A stretch of DNA of 64,000 nt from IMG/VR virus record IMGVR_UViG_3300049783_001607. The stretch is one strand, 5' to 3'. Numbering within the stretch: position 1 is the stretch's first letter; each line of letters starts with the position of its first letter. Of this stretch, positions 19,486 to 30,174 are shown piece by piece. The notes below the pieces were generated by a model. It saw only the letters and a program-made list of their open reading frames with translations. It searched no databases and was not told the origin of the DNA. Both the position numbers and the translations under genes were made by a program. Source of the DNA: a virus.

Positions 19486-19710
19486 TTACTCAATTTCATT
19501 CATTAAATAAGTTTTAGGCTTTTTTTCTACTATATAATGTGTATGAAGAAAGTTTATGTATGCTTTGTATCTACTTTTAGTTCTCAAAGCTCTAATTCTT
19601 TCTAATTCATGTTGTTGAACTAGTACTAATTTATAAGGCTGTGTTAAAAGTTCTCTAAGTTTATCTAATAATGATAATTCATTGTGTTCTTCATCAATCC
19701 AGTTAGACAT
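19486..19710 (-). CDS. Hypothetical protein
   Basis: 74 aa ORF. Confidence 0.6.
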   Translation of the reverse strand: MSNWIDEEHNELSLLDKLRELLTQPYKLVLVQQHELERIRALRTKSRYKAYINFLHTHYIVEKKPKTYLMNEIE

Positions 19711-20618
19711 AATATTATAGTTTAAAAGTTAAATAAAACCTCTTCAAAATATCACTATTAAGAAGAGGAAAATTGCTATGAAACAGAGTTACCTAATTAC
19801 TCCGAGGTTAATATTTTCTAGTAACTACATTTATTACGCTATCTTGCATTTTGCAATTAGTGCATTTAGTTACTTTTATCGTTCTGCTAAATTTTGTTAG
19901 TTTATTAATAAAACTGACTGAATCTTTTGTTCCACAGAAAGAACATTGTATTTTATTTGTAATGATACTCACAACACTATAGTTATACTAGCATAGCTGA
20001 TAGTTAAGTGACAAAATGCCCAGACCATAAAAATGGCTGTAATAACTCTTTTTATGTCGTAATTTTCTTTCCTGGATAATGGTTCCAATGTTTTAATCAC
20101 TGCTAATCCGAATACTATAATCATTAATGCGTCCATGGGTATATTTTTAAATTGGTTATTATTTTAAGGTTTAATATTTAAAATAACTGCCGCGTGTTTA
20201 CATTTGTACTATATCTACTCCCCTTTAGAATCGGCTTTAATAGAATATCAACAAAAACTCAGCAGTTATTTTAAGAGATAAATTAGTAAGAATCGTATAT
20301 TCCCTACTAAAGAAACAATTCTGTACGATTCATTCATCCCTTTTAAGAGTTCATTCGAAGTTTCTCAAATTTCAAATATAGCACACATCACAAAATACTG
20401 ACATAGTACTAGCCTCTATTCTTTACAATATATTCTTCGGCTTAAAGGAATATACTAAGAGTTTTTTATCTTTATCATATCCCATTTTAATTTCTTTCTT
20501 CAACATTTTATGTTGCACTTAGAAATAGGACAAGCGCTAACTTCTTTAATACGCTTTTATCTATCATCATTTATAAAGGCTTTAGACTTTTGGATTTTAT
20601 CATATTATTCCAGCTGAT

Positions 20619-20861
20619 TTAATATTCTAATGGTGGTTTAAAGTGTCTATTTAATACAATTAATCTGGGGTTTGTTGATTTTAGATTCCGGCATTTTCTA
20701 CATTTACACGGCTCATTTACAAATCTACCGCAACCCGGATGATATTTATAACCTAAATCAAGTTTTTTTTGTATTTTACCAGAATGTATCCATTTCTCTA
20801 AAGTATCAGGGTTTGTTATTATTAGTGTACCTCCCATAGGTTTTTCCCATTGATCGCTCAT
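20619..20861 (-). CDS. Small Cys-rich hypothetical protein
   Basis: HPGC...CKCRKC. Confidence 0.65.
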   Translation of the reverse strand: MSDQWEKPMGGTLIITNPDTLEKWIHSGKIQKKLDLGYKYHPGCGRFVNEPCKCRKCRNLKSTNPRLIVLNRHFKPPLEY

Positions 20862-20873
20862 AATAATATCTTT

Positions 20874-21164
20874 TTAATATTTTTCTAATGTGTACTTTCT
20901 ATTGTTCGTATAAACCAATGATTTTTCAAAAACAGGTTTAAACCAAGCTAATGGTTTGTGCTCATTTAACCATTTTAATCCTTCTTGATTCACGGTTAAT
21001 TTTATCAGATTTTCTATTTGTAAACTGTAACCGCTCATTTGAGAACTCCAGTTATTAAAAGTTGTATCCAGATTTTTTTTTACTGCTGTCATCACACTTT
21101 TAGATTGATCATCAGACATACCGTTGTTTATTAGGTATTTTAACATAGTTTCTTCTACTGTCAT
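20874..21164 (-). CDS. Hypothetical protein
   Basis: 96 aa ORF. Confidence 0.7.
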   Translation of the reverse strand: MTVEETMLKYLINNGMSDDQSKSVMTAVKKNLDTTFNNWSSQMSGYSLQIENLIKLTVNQEGLKWLNEHKPLAWFKPVFEKSLVYTNNRKYTLEKY

Positions 21165-21174
21165 TTTAAATGTT

Positions 21175-21402
21175 TTAATCGTGAAAAGGTCTTTTTTTGT
21201 TATGCTTTATTTTTTGAGGTAATTGTACTTTATTTGTATAGTTATTTAAATCTCTATAGATTGTGTTATCATCAACAGTAGGTATTTTAATATTTTTTTC
21301 AGATTGTTTTTCAAAAATTAAAAGCTCTTTTAAACGTTTTTTTTCGTTAAGTATTGATTTATTTCCATACCCATCAACTATTACAATTATTCTTTTTTTC
21401 AT
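21175..21402 (-). CDS. Hypothetical protein
   Basis: 75 aa ORF. Confidence 0.6.
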   Translation of the reverse strand: MKKRIIVIVDGYGNKSILNEKKRLKELLIFEKQSEKNIKIPTVDDNTIYRDLNNYTNKVQLPQKIKHNKKRPFHD

Positions 21403-21503
21403 CGTCTTACAAATTAATAATTATTGATAATAAAAAAACCTTCTCTAATTAAAGAAAAGGTTTTTAAAATGTTAAATCAAGCTTACTAGGCTTTTTTTGT
21501 TCT

Positions 21504-21986
21504 TTAAACTTTGGGTTTATAAATATTGGCAATGTATTTTCTGGATTTGCCGCAATCTTCTTTGACGTACATTATATAAGTACTTTCATAAAAAGATATT
21601 TTATTTGCCTTGCTTGCCATTGTCCTATTATAAATTATGTCCTGCTTGTATATGTCGTCATAATCAGTTAGGTATTTAGTCAAAGCGTTATTCAAATAAG
21701 TATAGTATTCTTTATTTAGACTATCTAGTACGGCTATATATTTATCAGCTGTAAAATTTAGAGTCTCTTTTTCAGAATCATACTTTAAATTATAGTTGTC
21801 TTGCAAACTATAATGAACTGTTTTTAAATCAACAGCTAAATCGATATTTAATTGTTCCAGCGTGACTGATTCTAATTGTTCAGTGTTTACTTGGTTATCC
21901 TGCGAACCGAATGTTTCTGCAATCGCGGACGTACTTAATAGCAGTACTAGTGCTAATAAAATAAATTTGATTTTTTTCATGATCAT
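21504..21986 (-). CDS. Exported protein with Sec signal peptide
   Basis: MKKIKFILLALVLLLSTSAIA/ET. Confidence 0.7.
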   Translation of the reverse strand: MIMKKIKFILLALVLLLSTSAIAETFGSQDNQVNTEQLESVTLEQLNIDLAVDLKTVHYSLQDNYNLKYDSEKETLNFTADKYIAVLDSLNKEYYTYLNNALTKYLTDYDDIYKQDIIYNRTMASKANKISFYESTYIMYVKEDCGKSRKYIANIYKPKV

Positions 21987-22958
21987 GAATTGCCTTATTA
22001 GAGGACTTTTTTTAAGGTTAATACTAATTATGGATTGTAAAGATACTGAATAGTAAGTAATTATTATAAAAAAACGTATAAATTACTCTAATATTATGTG
22101 TTTAGTAGTATAGATTCGGTTTACTTTATAATAATTACTATTACTATTTTACTATGTTATAGTTTATTTGCAGTTAAAGGCTTTTTTATCTCGGCTCTCC
22201 AATTACTTAAATTTAAGATAAACTATAATGAATTAAAATACCTGTCTTCATATTTAAATACCAACTCAAGTATGAATCTGAAACAATTAATAGTTGTCGA
22301 CAGGTATTAGTTTGTATTAAAATTCTCTGGCGGGAGCCACAACACACAACAGTACTAATAAATTACTATAATTCATTTATCATCTTCGTGTTTATATGTG
22401 TGAGTTCGAGCCACGCTCATTACATTCGTATTTAAAGGCAGTACCCACTATCAGCTAGAAAGCGTCTTTCGTACTGTTCAAGTAGAAGAGTCTCGCTTGT
22501 GAAAGAGAATAACAAACTTTATGTCGAAAGCGTTATTATGGGCACTACTTTTAAATTTGACTTTGAGTCTTGGTTTCTAATTTAGCCTTTTGACAGCTTG
22601 AATTAGTATATATGATGTATTTCTTTGTTAGGTTAACAGTTAATTAATAGCTACTATAGTTCACTTTAATCAATGGTCTAGCATTTAGTACATCGGTTTT
22701 ATTTGTTTTATATTGAATCATCTTTTTACAACTTCTTATCTCAATTTCTCTGTTACTCTGTTCATCTAGGCTCTATCACCTTGTTGATTTTTCTGCAGAT
22801 ACTGTTGAAAGTCTGTTGTTATTATTCTAAAAGTCTATCGATGATAGGTAGTATTGGTTATTAATTATAGTGGTTGGGTTGAAAAACGGTGGAAAAATAA
22901 CTCCCATACCAGATTATTAGTCTAGTATAGGAGTAAGAACTACAATAATTACAATATC

Positions 22959-23624
22959 TTATTCAGATAACGCAATTACTATAACTTTAGTTGGTTCCAC
23001 ATTCTCTCTTCCCGCATCAATATCAGTTCCAGGTAAACCCTGCATAAAAGAGATGTCAGCATAAATAGGTCTGATATCAGCTACTTCTTTTGCTTCTGCT
23101 GCTGCATCGTTAATTTCTTTAACTCTTACATTAAAGTCTTTGTAACAATAAGCAGGATAAACATCGTGTTTATCATCCGGTGCTGGCTTATCTCTTCTAG
23201 TAGTTACAGATACAACTGTAAAAGATTTAGGTAAAGCTATTGTATCTTTTCCTTCTTTTGTAGCAGCTAATAAGTGCTCTGATACTCTTGACGTTTTAGT
23301 TACTCCAGCTTCATACTCATCATTGTCAGTGCTAGTCTTAACAGTCTCAAGTCCTAGAAATGATCTGATTGGAATAGTAAAAGACTGATCCGTTTCAGAA
23401 TTGATGTACTTTGCTTTAACATAACTCAAGTCTTCATTGTTTTCATCTGTAAGAGATGTAGACTTTCCTACTTCGTTAGTAACCATAGAATGAAGATCAA
23501 ACTTGTAACCTTTTTTACTGGTTGCATTGATCAAATCATTTTTAGCAGCATTCATCATATTCTTTCTTGGAGATAATAAGTTTAATACTCCAACACTAAT
23601 AGTAATTTCTTGCATTTTGCCCAT
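22959..23624 (-). CDS. Hypothetical protein, distant paralog of 23891..24487
   Basis: ITIS..V.N and YPAYCY vs YPPFCF. Confidence 0.75.
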   Translation of the reverse strand: MGKMQEITISVGVLNLLSPRKNMMNAAKNDLINATSKKGYKFDLHSMVTNEVGKSTSLTDENNEDLSYVKAKYINSETDQSFTIPIRSFLGLETVKTSTDNDEYEAGVTKTSRVSEHLLAATKEGKDTIALPKSFTVVSVTTRRDKPAPDDKHDVYPAYCYKDFNVRVKEINDAAAEAKEVADIRPIYADISFMQGLPGTDIDAGRENVEPTKVIVIALSE

Positions 23625-23740
23625 AATAATTAATTGTTTTAATTAATAGATTTTTAGAAGCGTGTATTTACATTTGATAAAGAAAGAATTTTCCTGATCA
23701 TGTCACCCCTACACGCGGGAGCGACAAAAACATAAATGGA

Positions 23741-23754
23741 TAAGGCGAAGCTTA
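23741..23754 (-). promoter_or_regulatory. GCGAAGC mini-hairpin motif, candidate phage early promoter (copy 1)
   Basis: taaggcgaagctta on template strand upstream of leftward gene. Confidence 0.45.
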
Positions 23755-23890
23755 CGAATCAACCGTCAACCCCAGTCAACCAGTCAATCATCCAACCAGT
23801 TAGCCTCAATATATGCCAGTAAAAAAAAAGCCTGCCGTACTGTTATTCGGGCAAGCTTTTTCGCGAAGATGTTATTTATTTACTCGGTAA

Positions 23891-24487
23891 TTACTTTGTT
23901 TTAGGAGGATACGAGAACAAAGGAACGTCAAGAGTTAAGATTCGATAGAATTTGTCTTCGAATCCCTCTTTAATTGCTGACGCATACAATGTATCACGTT
24001 CAGATTGAGGCATTTTAAACTTGGTTTTATCCTTGGCATTTTTAGCTTTTAGCTCCTCTGCTAATCGCTCGTAAGTTTCCCAGTACTCGAAACAAAATGG
24101 AGGGTAGGATATTACCCTGTCCGCCTCGGGCAGCTCCTTACCTTTGCCTTTTACGTAAGTAGGTTCACAAGCTAACACTTTGAAATCCAGTGCTAGTACA
24201 GCAGTGACAGAATGTACTGGACGTATTGAGTCCAAGAATGATTTGCCTGCAAAGTGAAAACGACGTAAATCGTACATTGTAAATTTAAATCTGCCTCCTT
24301 CAGAGGAAGCAAATGTAAAAATAGGAGTTTTACCGTCTTCGCTCATATCGTAATGAGTAGGAGCGTCTTTCGGCATTACATGAGTGAAAGAAGTGTTCTT
24401 TACGTGGTCGTTCAATAAGAACGATGCAGGTTTAAGAACAGCATTAATAACATCTTCGCTGATGGTTATTATAATTGCTTTCGACAT
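23891..24487 (-). CDS. Hypothetical protein (start revised to ATG 24487, MSKAIII)
   Basis: Upstream extension overlaps the repeated promoter-like motif. Confidence 0.75.
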   Translation of the reverse strand: MSKAIIITISEDVINAVLKPASFLLNDHVKNTSFTHVMPKDAPTHYDMSEDGKTPIFTFASSEGGRFKFTMYDLRRFHFAGKSFLDSIRPVHSVTAVLALDFKVLACEPTYVKGKGKELPEADRVISYPPFCFEYWETYERLAEELKAKNAKDKTKFKMPQSERDTLYASAIKEGFEDKFYRILTLDVPLFSYPPKTK

Positions 24488-24517
24488 AATGTAGTAAAAA
24501 GACAATGCGAAGCTTAT
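24484..24517 (-). promoter_or_regulatory. GCGAAGC motif copy 2
   Basis: acataatgtagtaaaaagacaatgcgaagcttat, 1 mismatch to 25750..25783. Confidence 0.5.
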
Positions 24518-24570
24518 GAGTATAAATGTAAAAATATAAGAGAGGGTTGTTAGTCCTCTCCATATATTAT

Positions 24571-24915
24571 TTAATCTTCATGCTTGAATAGGTTATTCAT
24601 ATCAATACCTGCCCTTTTACCATATTCTCTCCATTCATATAGTTCCATATCATTTAAATTACCTGCTACACTGTTTACAGTTATAATATAATAATGGTTA
24701 GATAACCTAGCCAATGACTTTAGTTCCATACTAGATAATATTTCTTTTTTAGAAGTATATTCAAATCCAGTGGAAGATATATTTACTGTTCCTTCTTGAC
24801 TTAATATACTTACAGCTTGAGAGTTCGAATATACATCGACAGATATTGCTGATATTGCTATCGTAAACACTATCCCTGCTAGAATCCCTATTAATAATCC
24901 TTTTGATTTATTCAT
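24571..24915 (-). CDS. Membrane-anchored/exported hypothetical protein
   Basis: N-terminal hydrophobic segment. Confidence 0.7.
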   Translation of the reverse strand: MNKSKGLLIGILAGIVFTIAISAISVDVYSNSQAVSILSQEGTVNISSTGFEYTSKKEILSSMELKSLARLSNHYYIITVNSVAGNLNDMELYEWREYGKRAGIDMNNLFKHED

Positions 24916-24987
24916 AAGTTTTAAATTTAATTGGTTTAATTTATAATAGCACCTCTTCTGTCGTTGAAAAGGTGCTTTGATAGTATT

Positions 24988-25326
24988 CTATTGATTTGGA
25001 TTTTTGGCGTAGTAACCAGGCTCGTTGTCGTAGTTTTCAACAGTAGAATCTTCGGTGCAGCCGTAATATTTAGCCGCTATCGTTTGTACATCAGATTGTG
25101 AGTCTGTTGGACGTAGTGCTGCTTTAGCTATAGAAGATAGAATTTTCAATGCTGTGCGTACTGTTGGAGAAGGATCAGGATCACTTGTTGCGTATGCCAA
25201 ATCTATCAAAGACATGATAGCTCTAGCATCGTTTAGAGATACATAAACATGAGTTCCCCACGATACTTCAGTGTTAGCTGGTTCAATTACAGGAATTAAT
25301 ATTTTGTTTGCATTTGAATTGTTCAT
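24988..25326 (-). CDS. Hypothetical protein, tandem paralog of 25402..25722
   Basis: MNNS..K.LIP..E...TEV..G.HVY.S..DARA. Confidence 0.8.
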   Translation of the reverse strand: MNNSNANKILIPVIEPANTEVSWGTHVYVSLNDARAIMSLIDLAYATSDPDPSPTVRTALKILSSIAKAALRPTDSQSDVQTIAAKYYGCTEDSTVENYDNEPGYYAKNPNQ

Positions 25327-25401
25327 AATATTGGATTTAATTTAGTTTAATTTATAATAATAATAGCACCTCTTCTGTCGTTGAAGAAGTGCTTTGATAT
25401 T

Positions 25402-25722
25402 TTAGAATCGGGTTGGGTCTACGGTTAAGTTTTCAACAGTAGTATGTCCATCACAACTGTAATATTTAGACGCAATCTGTTCTATACCAGGGTGTGAACC
25501 CGTTTGAATTACTACTGCTTTAGCTAAAGAATTTAGAATTTGCAGTGCTATGAGTATTTCGTGAGGAACTTCACGCATTGCTGGTGAGTGTCCGTGTTCG
25601 GTCATAGTTATCATAGCTCTAGCATCTTCTACAGATATATAAACATGAGCTCCGATTAATACTTCAGTATGCTTTGATTCAGTTAAAGGAATCAATACTT
25701 TTTTTTCACTTGAATTGTTCAT
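25402..25722 (-). CDS. Hypothetical protein, tandem paralog of 24988..25326
   Basis: Same motifs; duplicated downstream hairpin gcacctcttctgtcgttgaaRaRgtgc. Confidence 0.8.
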   Translation of the reverse strand: MNNSSEKKVLIPLTESKHTEVLIGAHVYISVEDARAMITMTEHGHSPAMREVPHEILIALQILNSLAKAVVIQTGSHPGIEQIASKYYSCDGHTTVENLTVDPTRF

Positions 25723-25749
25723 AATATTAGATTTAAATTATTAATTGTT

Positions 25750-25783
25750 ACATAATGTAGTAAAAAGACAAGGCGAAGCTTAT
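25750..25783 (-). promoter_or_regulatory. GCGAAGC motif copy 3
   Basis: acataatgtagtaaaaagacaaggcgaagcttat. Confidence 0.5.
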
Positions 25784-26473
25784 CGGCATGAGAGTATAGG
25801 GTAAAGGTTATTATTTGGAAATGTTACCCCTACACCCCCCATCATCAATATACTACTCAATACTAGAGGCTTGGATACTGTCTAGTATTATATACCCTCC
25901 ACCCACCATGGTGCTAGATCTACAATAAATATTGTTGAGTAAAATATTTACTGCTATACCTACCCCCTCTACCTAATTAGTTTCTATATATAACATGTTG
26001 CCCTACCTTCCGTTTTTAAAAAAAGTCATTTCCCCTAGCTTTGGGGGCGGGGAGTTACTGGTATAGTGTGTAACAGCGCCCTTCCCTCAGAAAATTTTTT
26101 ATAATATTATTAACCACGTCGAAAAAAAGAGACCCTACCCAACTTTATAGTATATATACAACCTATACAAGAAAAGACCCGGGGGCCCTATTATTAAGAC
26201 AGTAAAGATTAGTAATTATACAGTGCGTACAGAAATTCTACCAGAAGTGTGGAGATTGTGAAAGTTATGTAAGTAGGATATTGAAGTATAAAACTAACCA
26301 AGGATTGCAAAACCTATTAAACCTATTACCTAATAAATTATATTCAGGTGAATCGCCGAAGGCGTCGTAATATATTGCGCTCTTTTCGGAGTGATTGCTA
26401 CAAGAAATTAAACTTACTAAGCATATATACAATCTTGGTTAGTAGTAATGTTTTAATACATAGTAAAGATACA

Positions 26474-26731
26474 TCATCTGGTTGATTTATCGCCTAACCA
26501 TGTAATAAATATAAGTATAAAATTGGTAGATATTATTTTTGCAGCTATTTTCCAGCTAAACCACGGCACTGATACCAATACCATAAATGTAAATACTATT
26601 AATAAACCTCCAAAAGTACATATCCAAGAGTTTAATGATCCATAATTAAAACCCAGATCTTTTGTAACCCATCTCTTTATTACGTATAGAATGTTTGCAA
26701 TAACTTTACCAATTCTTTTCAGGAAGTTCAT
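26474..26731 (-). CDS. Small two-TM membrane protein (holin-like topology possible)
   Basis: Basic amphipathic N-terminus, two hydrophobic segments. Confidence 0.6.
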   Translation of the reverse strand: MNFLKRIGKVIANILYVIKRWVTKDLGFNYGSLNSWICTFGGLLIVFTFMVLVSVPWFSWKIAAKIISTNFILIFITWLGDKSTR

Positions 26732-26736
26732 TTTAT

Positions 26737-27018
26737 TTACAGATTATTCATATAGTTAATATACTTCCACTTGTTCCAAAGGAGTTTGCGATATACATTA
26801 AATTTATATACTGAGCTTAGATCTTTGGCTATTCCTGCACATACATTACACTTGTTAGATTCTATATCGTCACATCCCGGACAAGAGGCGAATATTTCAA
26901 CTCGTTGCCAAGCTATAAAACGTTTAAATAATGCTAATGGGTATAAGTTTATAGGACCTCTTAATTTAACTCCGGAAATAGGGTTAAAAAAGGTTTGGTA
27001 TACTTTGAATAATGGCAT
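26737..27018 (-). CDS. Small zinc-finger hypothetical protein
   Basis: CPGC...CNVC. Confidence 0.6.
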   Translation of the reverse strand: MPLFKVYQTFFNPISGVKLRGPINLYPLALFKRFIAWQRVEIFASCPGCDDIESNKCNVCAGIAKDLSSVYKFNVYRKLLWNKWKYINYMNNL

Positions 27019-27020
27019 AG

Positions 27021-27887
27021 TTAGATAGTTATTTTACTTCGTGTTATTATATTTTTATATGTCTCTGTAGCTGAAACACCGGCCGGTTTAATTATACCTC
27101 CAAGTTGATATAAAGGAGTGCCGTCTATATTTTTGATCCTCTCATTCTCTGGTTGGTAAGGATACTCTTCTTCTCCTAGCATATAGTTATTATCCATATA
27201 CCAATGATCACTTTCCTCAGATTGACTAGTTTTTAATGGTCCTGGAATGTGGTTCTCCTTTACAGAAGGCGAAGCCGGCTGTAGTTCCGCATTAATACCA
27301 AAGTACTCGTAGTGATTTTTACCTTCACCTCTGATTATAGCGTTAGCCCAATTTGTTTTTATAGATTCGTCAGAGTGAGTTTTACCTCTAGTTACCCATT
27401 CTTTACCATATACATCATCAGCGCTCATCTTACCGTCTAAGTAGTTCCCTAAACTTGAGCTTTTCATTTTAAGGTTAACAAATGCTAGTACAGCTTGTTG
27501 TTCTTCTGTTAGATCGTCAGGAGTATTTGCTTTAAGTATTTTAGATAAAGGCACTAAAAGATTCTGAGCTTCTATGTTTTCAGAGTAAGCGTCAGAGTAT
27601 ATCATATTGCTTAATCTTTTTTGAGCGGTTTGAAATGAGGATGTTTTTCTATTTCCGTTAGCGTCGTACTTACCTTTAGAAATTTTTTGGCCGCGTTTAT
27701 TATATCCTCCACCGTTACCTACAAGAAAATGGAAGATGCCTGAAGCAGAAGATTCTTTATTGTACTTTTTAGTTCCTTTGAAAGATTCAGCTTCGGCCAT
27801 TATACCAAGTAAAGATACCAGTTTATCAAAAGTTCCTTTAGTTTCTGTAGATTTATATAGTTTTTCTAGTAAGGATATTTCTGACAT
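27021..27887 (-). CDS. Lysozyme-like/lytic transglycosylase domain protein, probable virion cargo
   Basis: AEAES.....YN..SSASGIFHF catalytic-type motif; C-terminal YQLGGII. Confidence 0.65.
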   Translation of the reverse strand: MSEISLLEKLYKSTETKGTFDKLVSLLGIMAEAESFKGTKKYNKESSASGIFHFLVGNGGGYNKRGQKISKGKYDANGNRKTSSFQTAQKRLSNMIYSDAYSENIEAQNLLVPLSKILKANTPDDLTEEQQAVLAFVNLKMKSSSLGNYLDGKMSADDVYGKEWVTRGKTHSDESIKTNWANAIIRGEGKNHYEYFGINAELQPASPSVKENHIPGPLKTSQSEESDHWYMDNNYMLGEEEYPYQPENERIKNIDGTPLYQLGGIIKPAGVSATETYKNIITRSKITI

Positions 27888-27891
27888 TGTA

Positions 27892-28392
27892 TTAGTAATT
27901 TTTAGGGTTGAATTCGTCTGATATATTTGTATAAGGATTCATTTTTCTTTTTAACTCTGCCGCGGCTTTAGCTTTATTTAGTATGTTATATACAGAACTT
28001 GATCCCAATCTTTTTTTTACAGCGGAGTATTCCGGCATTACAGGCATTGAAGGAGTAGATAAGGGTATACTAGTAGGTGGTTTTAAAGTCGTAGTCATTT
28101 GATTTACGGCTAAGTTGGGGTAGTCTATTTTTTTAATGGGTTGTGCAAAAGGGTTGTTAGCTACTGTAGATGTAACCATAGATCCTCCTGCTTGCATTTT
28201 ATTAGCTCCACAATTACAGTTACAGTTTTTCTTTCCGCAAGGTTTTTTAACTTTTCTTGCTATAGGTCTTTTTCTCAATGGTATTTTGGTACCTTCTTCC
28301 ATATCCATGTATTTAGTACCTTTTTTTGCCATGTATATATCGTTTAAAGCCGGCTTTTTACTTTTTACTATAGTTGATTTTATAAATGTCAT
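27892..28392 (-). CDS. Basic low-complexity protein, probable virion cargo (start revised to ATG 28392)
   Basis: MQAGGSM motif; GTATTATATTAGTAG motif just upstream of revised start. Confidence 0.6.
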   Translation of the reverse strand: MTFIKSTIVKSKKPALNDIYMAKKGTKYMDMEEGTKIPLRKRPIARKVKKPCGKKNCNCNCGANKMQAGGSMVTSTVANNPFAQPIKKIDYPNLAVNQMTTTLKPPTSIPLSTPSMPVMPEYSAVKKRLGSSSVYNILNKAKAAAELKRKMNPYTNISDEFNPKNY

Positions 28393-28627
28393 GATATTTA
28401 ATTTTTTGTTCGGCAGTTCGCCTACTAATATAATACTATAATATAAGAATATTAAATAGATAAGAGGTAAATTTCTTTTGGAGGAGGGAAATTTTTGGGA
28501 TACCAAGAATGGGAGGAGGTCACGGTAAGAGTTCGTCGTCTCCGCCCAGGAGCAACCACGTTTAGGCGAGGTCGTCCCTTGTTATTGTTAGAGGCTTGTG
28601 GGGCGCTCAGGTTCAGTAAGTTACAGA

Positions 28628-28677
28628 GGTTTGAGGGTCAAAATATGCAGGTTTGAGGGTCAAAAGTTGCAGGTTTT
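28628..28677. repeat. Iteron-like 22-bp tandem repeats GTTTGAGGGTCAAAA..GCAG
   Basis: Two and a half units; second cluster at 30296. Confidence 0.65.
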
Positions 28678-28683
28678 ACCACT

Positions 28684-30174
28684 TTATTTTTTATATATTA
28701 GTCCGCCTTTTATAGAATTTTTTATATTATCACTATCGAAGAACCCTTTTTTATTTACAAGGCTCTTGGTATACTTAGGCGCAGCAAACATAGTAAAATT
28801 TGAATCTAGCTGCTCAGTATTAAATTGAGGCTTATATATCCTAGCGGCATTTGCTTCAAGCGCTCTTTTACTTGCATCTTTAAATATGTTTAAATTTTCA
28901 TCTATATCATAATCAAGTTTTCCATGAGATAAAAAAGGCCTGCCATAAAAGTTCTCTACTTTTCTTCCATTAAGGTTTAGATCCCAAATATCGTTATATT
29001 CCATCTTACCTTTATAAAATCTTCTGTTATAATTTCCCATTATATTAGTGGTATTAAAATCAACGGAACTATCAATTCCTTTCTTCTTTATATCCTCTAA
29101 CTGTTTAATATCTTTTAGATAATGAGGCATAGTTCTATTTTGGTCTTTCATTATCATATCCATACCAGGTAGTCGTTTATCAGGCAATTCTTTAAGTAGT
29201 TGTTTTTCCCTATTTATAGAGAAAATTTCCCTATTATTTAATTCACCTTTATTGTATAAAGGATGGTTTTTAGGGGCTGATCCAGCTACTCTAAAAGTAT
29301 TGTTTTTTTGTGGTATACCAGAATATAAATTCCAGGCGTCTTGTCTAGGTTTTGATATAACATCCGCACCTCTGTGAAGGTCATCTGCTAATGTAGGATA
29401 CATATCAACTAATTTTTTAGAGTTTTTATCCCCTTTTATTATTCTTTTAGGTATATTTAATAATCTTTTTGTAGCATTCTCATAACCATAAGGGGTCATA
29501 TAATCTGTCATTACCTCGGAAACCCCTGGAAAATAGCCTTTTCTTTGCGCTGAGGTAATACCTATTTTGCTCATTTGCATATCTTTAATATCCTCTAAAC
29601 TATAACCAGCTTTAAGACCTTCTGACTGTATTTGTCTCAGCTCTTTACCTACAGGATGAAAAGTATCTACGGTTTTTCTTAATGGTACCCGAGATTTTTT
29701 TATAAATGCTTTTGAAGCGCTTGTTATTGCTTTTTTAGCTAGGGGTATTGGTATTACACCTGCAGCACCTTCTAGAATTTGCATCCCATCTAAAGTTGCA
29801 GTACCTTGAATAACGTTTTTAGTGTCATAAGCATATTGAGCAGGGTTGACCACATCTAGAGCATAGTCTAGCGTATTTCTTGGGCCTCTTGAAAAATTAT
29901 CAGGTAAGTCTTTATTTCTAGCAGCATAACCTGCGGCTGTTAGAGGATTGAGCGCTATCTCAATAATCTTACTAAAAAAACCTTGTTTAGGCTCTGAAGG
30001 TCTTATTGATTGACTATTAGCGCTATCAGTCATAGCCTGTATGTTTGACTCCTTTCTTGTATTAGCTATATAGTCTAAAACAGATTGCTCGTCTTGTTTA
30101 GATACTATCTCTCTTGTTTTAATTCCTACTTGAGCCTTAATCGCTTTACCTTTATTTTTATCGTAATATATCAT
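28684..30174 (-). CDS. Hypothetical protein, probable virion cargo
   Basis: N-terminal KAQVG and C-terminal KGGLIYKK motifs; GTATTATATA directly upstream. Confidence 0.7.
   Translation of the reverse strand: MIYYDKNKGKAIKAQVGIKTREIVSKQDEQSVLDYIANTRKESNIQAMTDSANSQSIRPSEPKQGFFSKIIEIALNPLTAAGYAARNKDLPDNFSRGPRNTLDYALDVVNPAQYAYDTKNVIQGTATLDGMQILEGAAGVIPIPLAKKAITSASKAFIKKSRVPLRKTVDTFHPVGKELRQIQSEGLKAGYSLEDIKDMQMSKIGITSAQRKGYFPGVSEVMTDYMTPYGYENATKRLLNIPKRIIKGDKNSKKLVDMYPTLADDLHRGADVISKPRQDAWNLYSGIPQKNNTFRVAGSAPKNHPLYNKGELNNREIFSINREKQLLKELPDKRLPGMDMIMKDQNRTMPHYLKDIKQLEDIKKKGIDSSVDFNTTNIMGNYNRRFYKGKMEYNDIWDLNLNGRKVENFYGRPFLSHGKLDYDIDENLNIFKDASKRALEANAARIYKPQFNTEQLDSNFTMFAAPKYTKSLVNKKGFFDSDNIKNSIKGGLIYKK

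Noticed and set aside
19740-22950. RNase P RNA or rRNA in long intergenic regions
   Set aside because: No GAGGAAAGUCC or rRNA signature found
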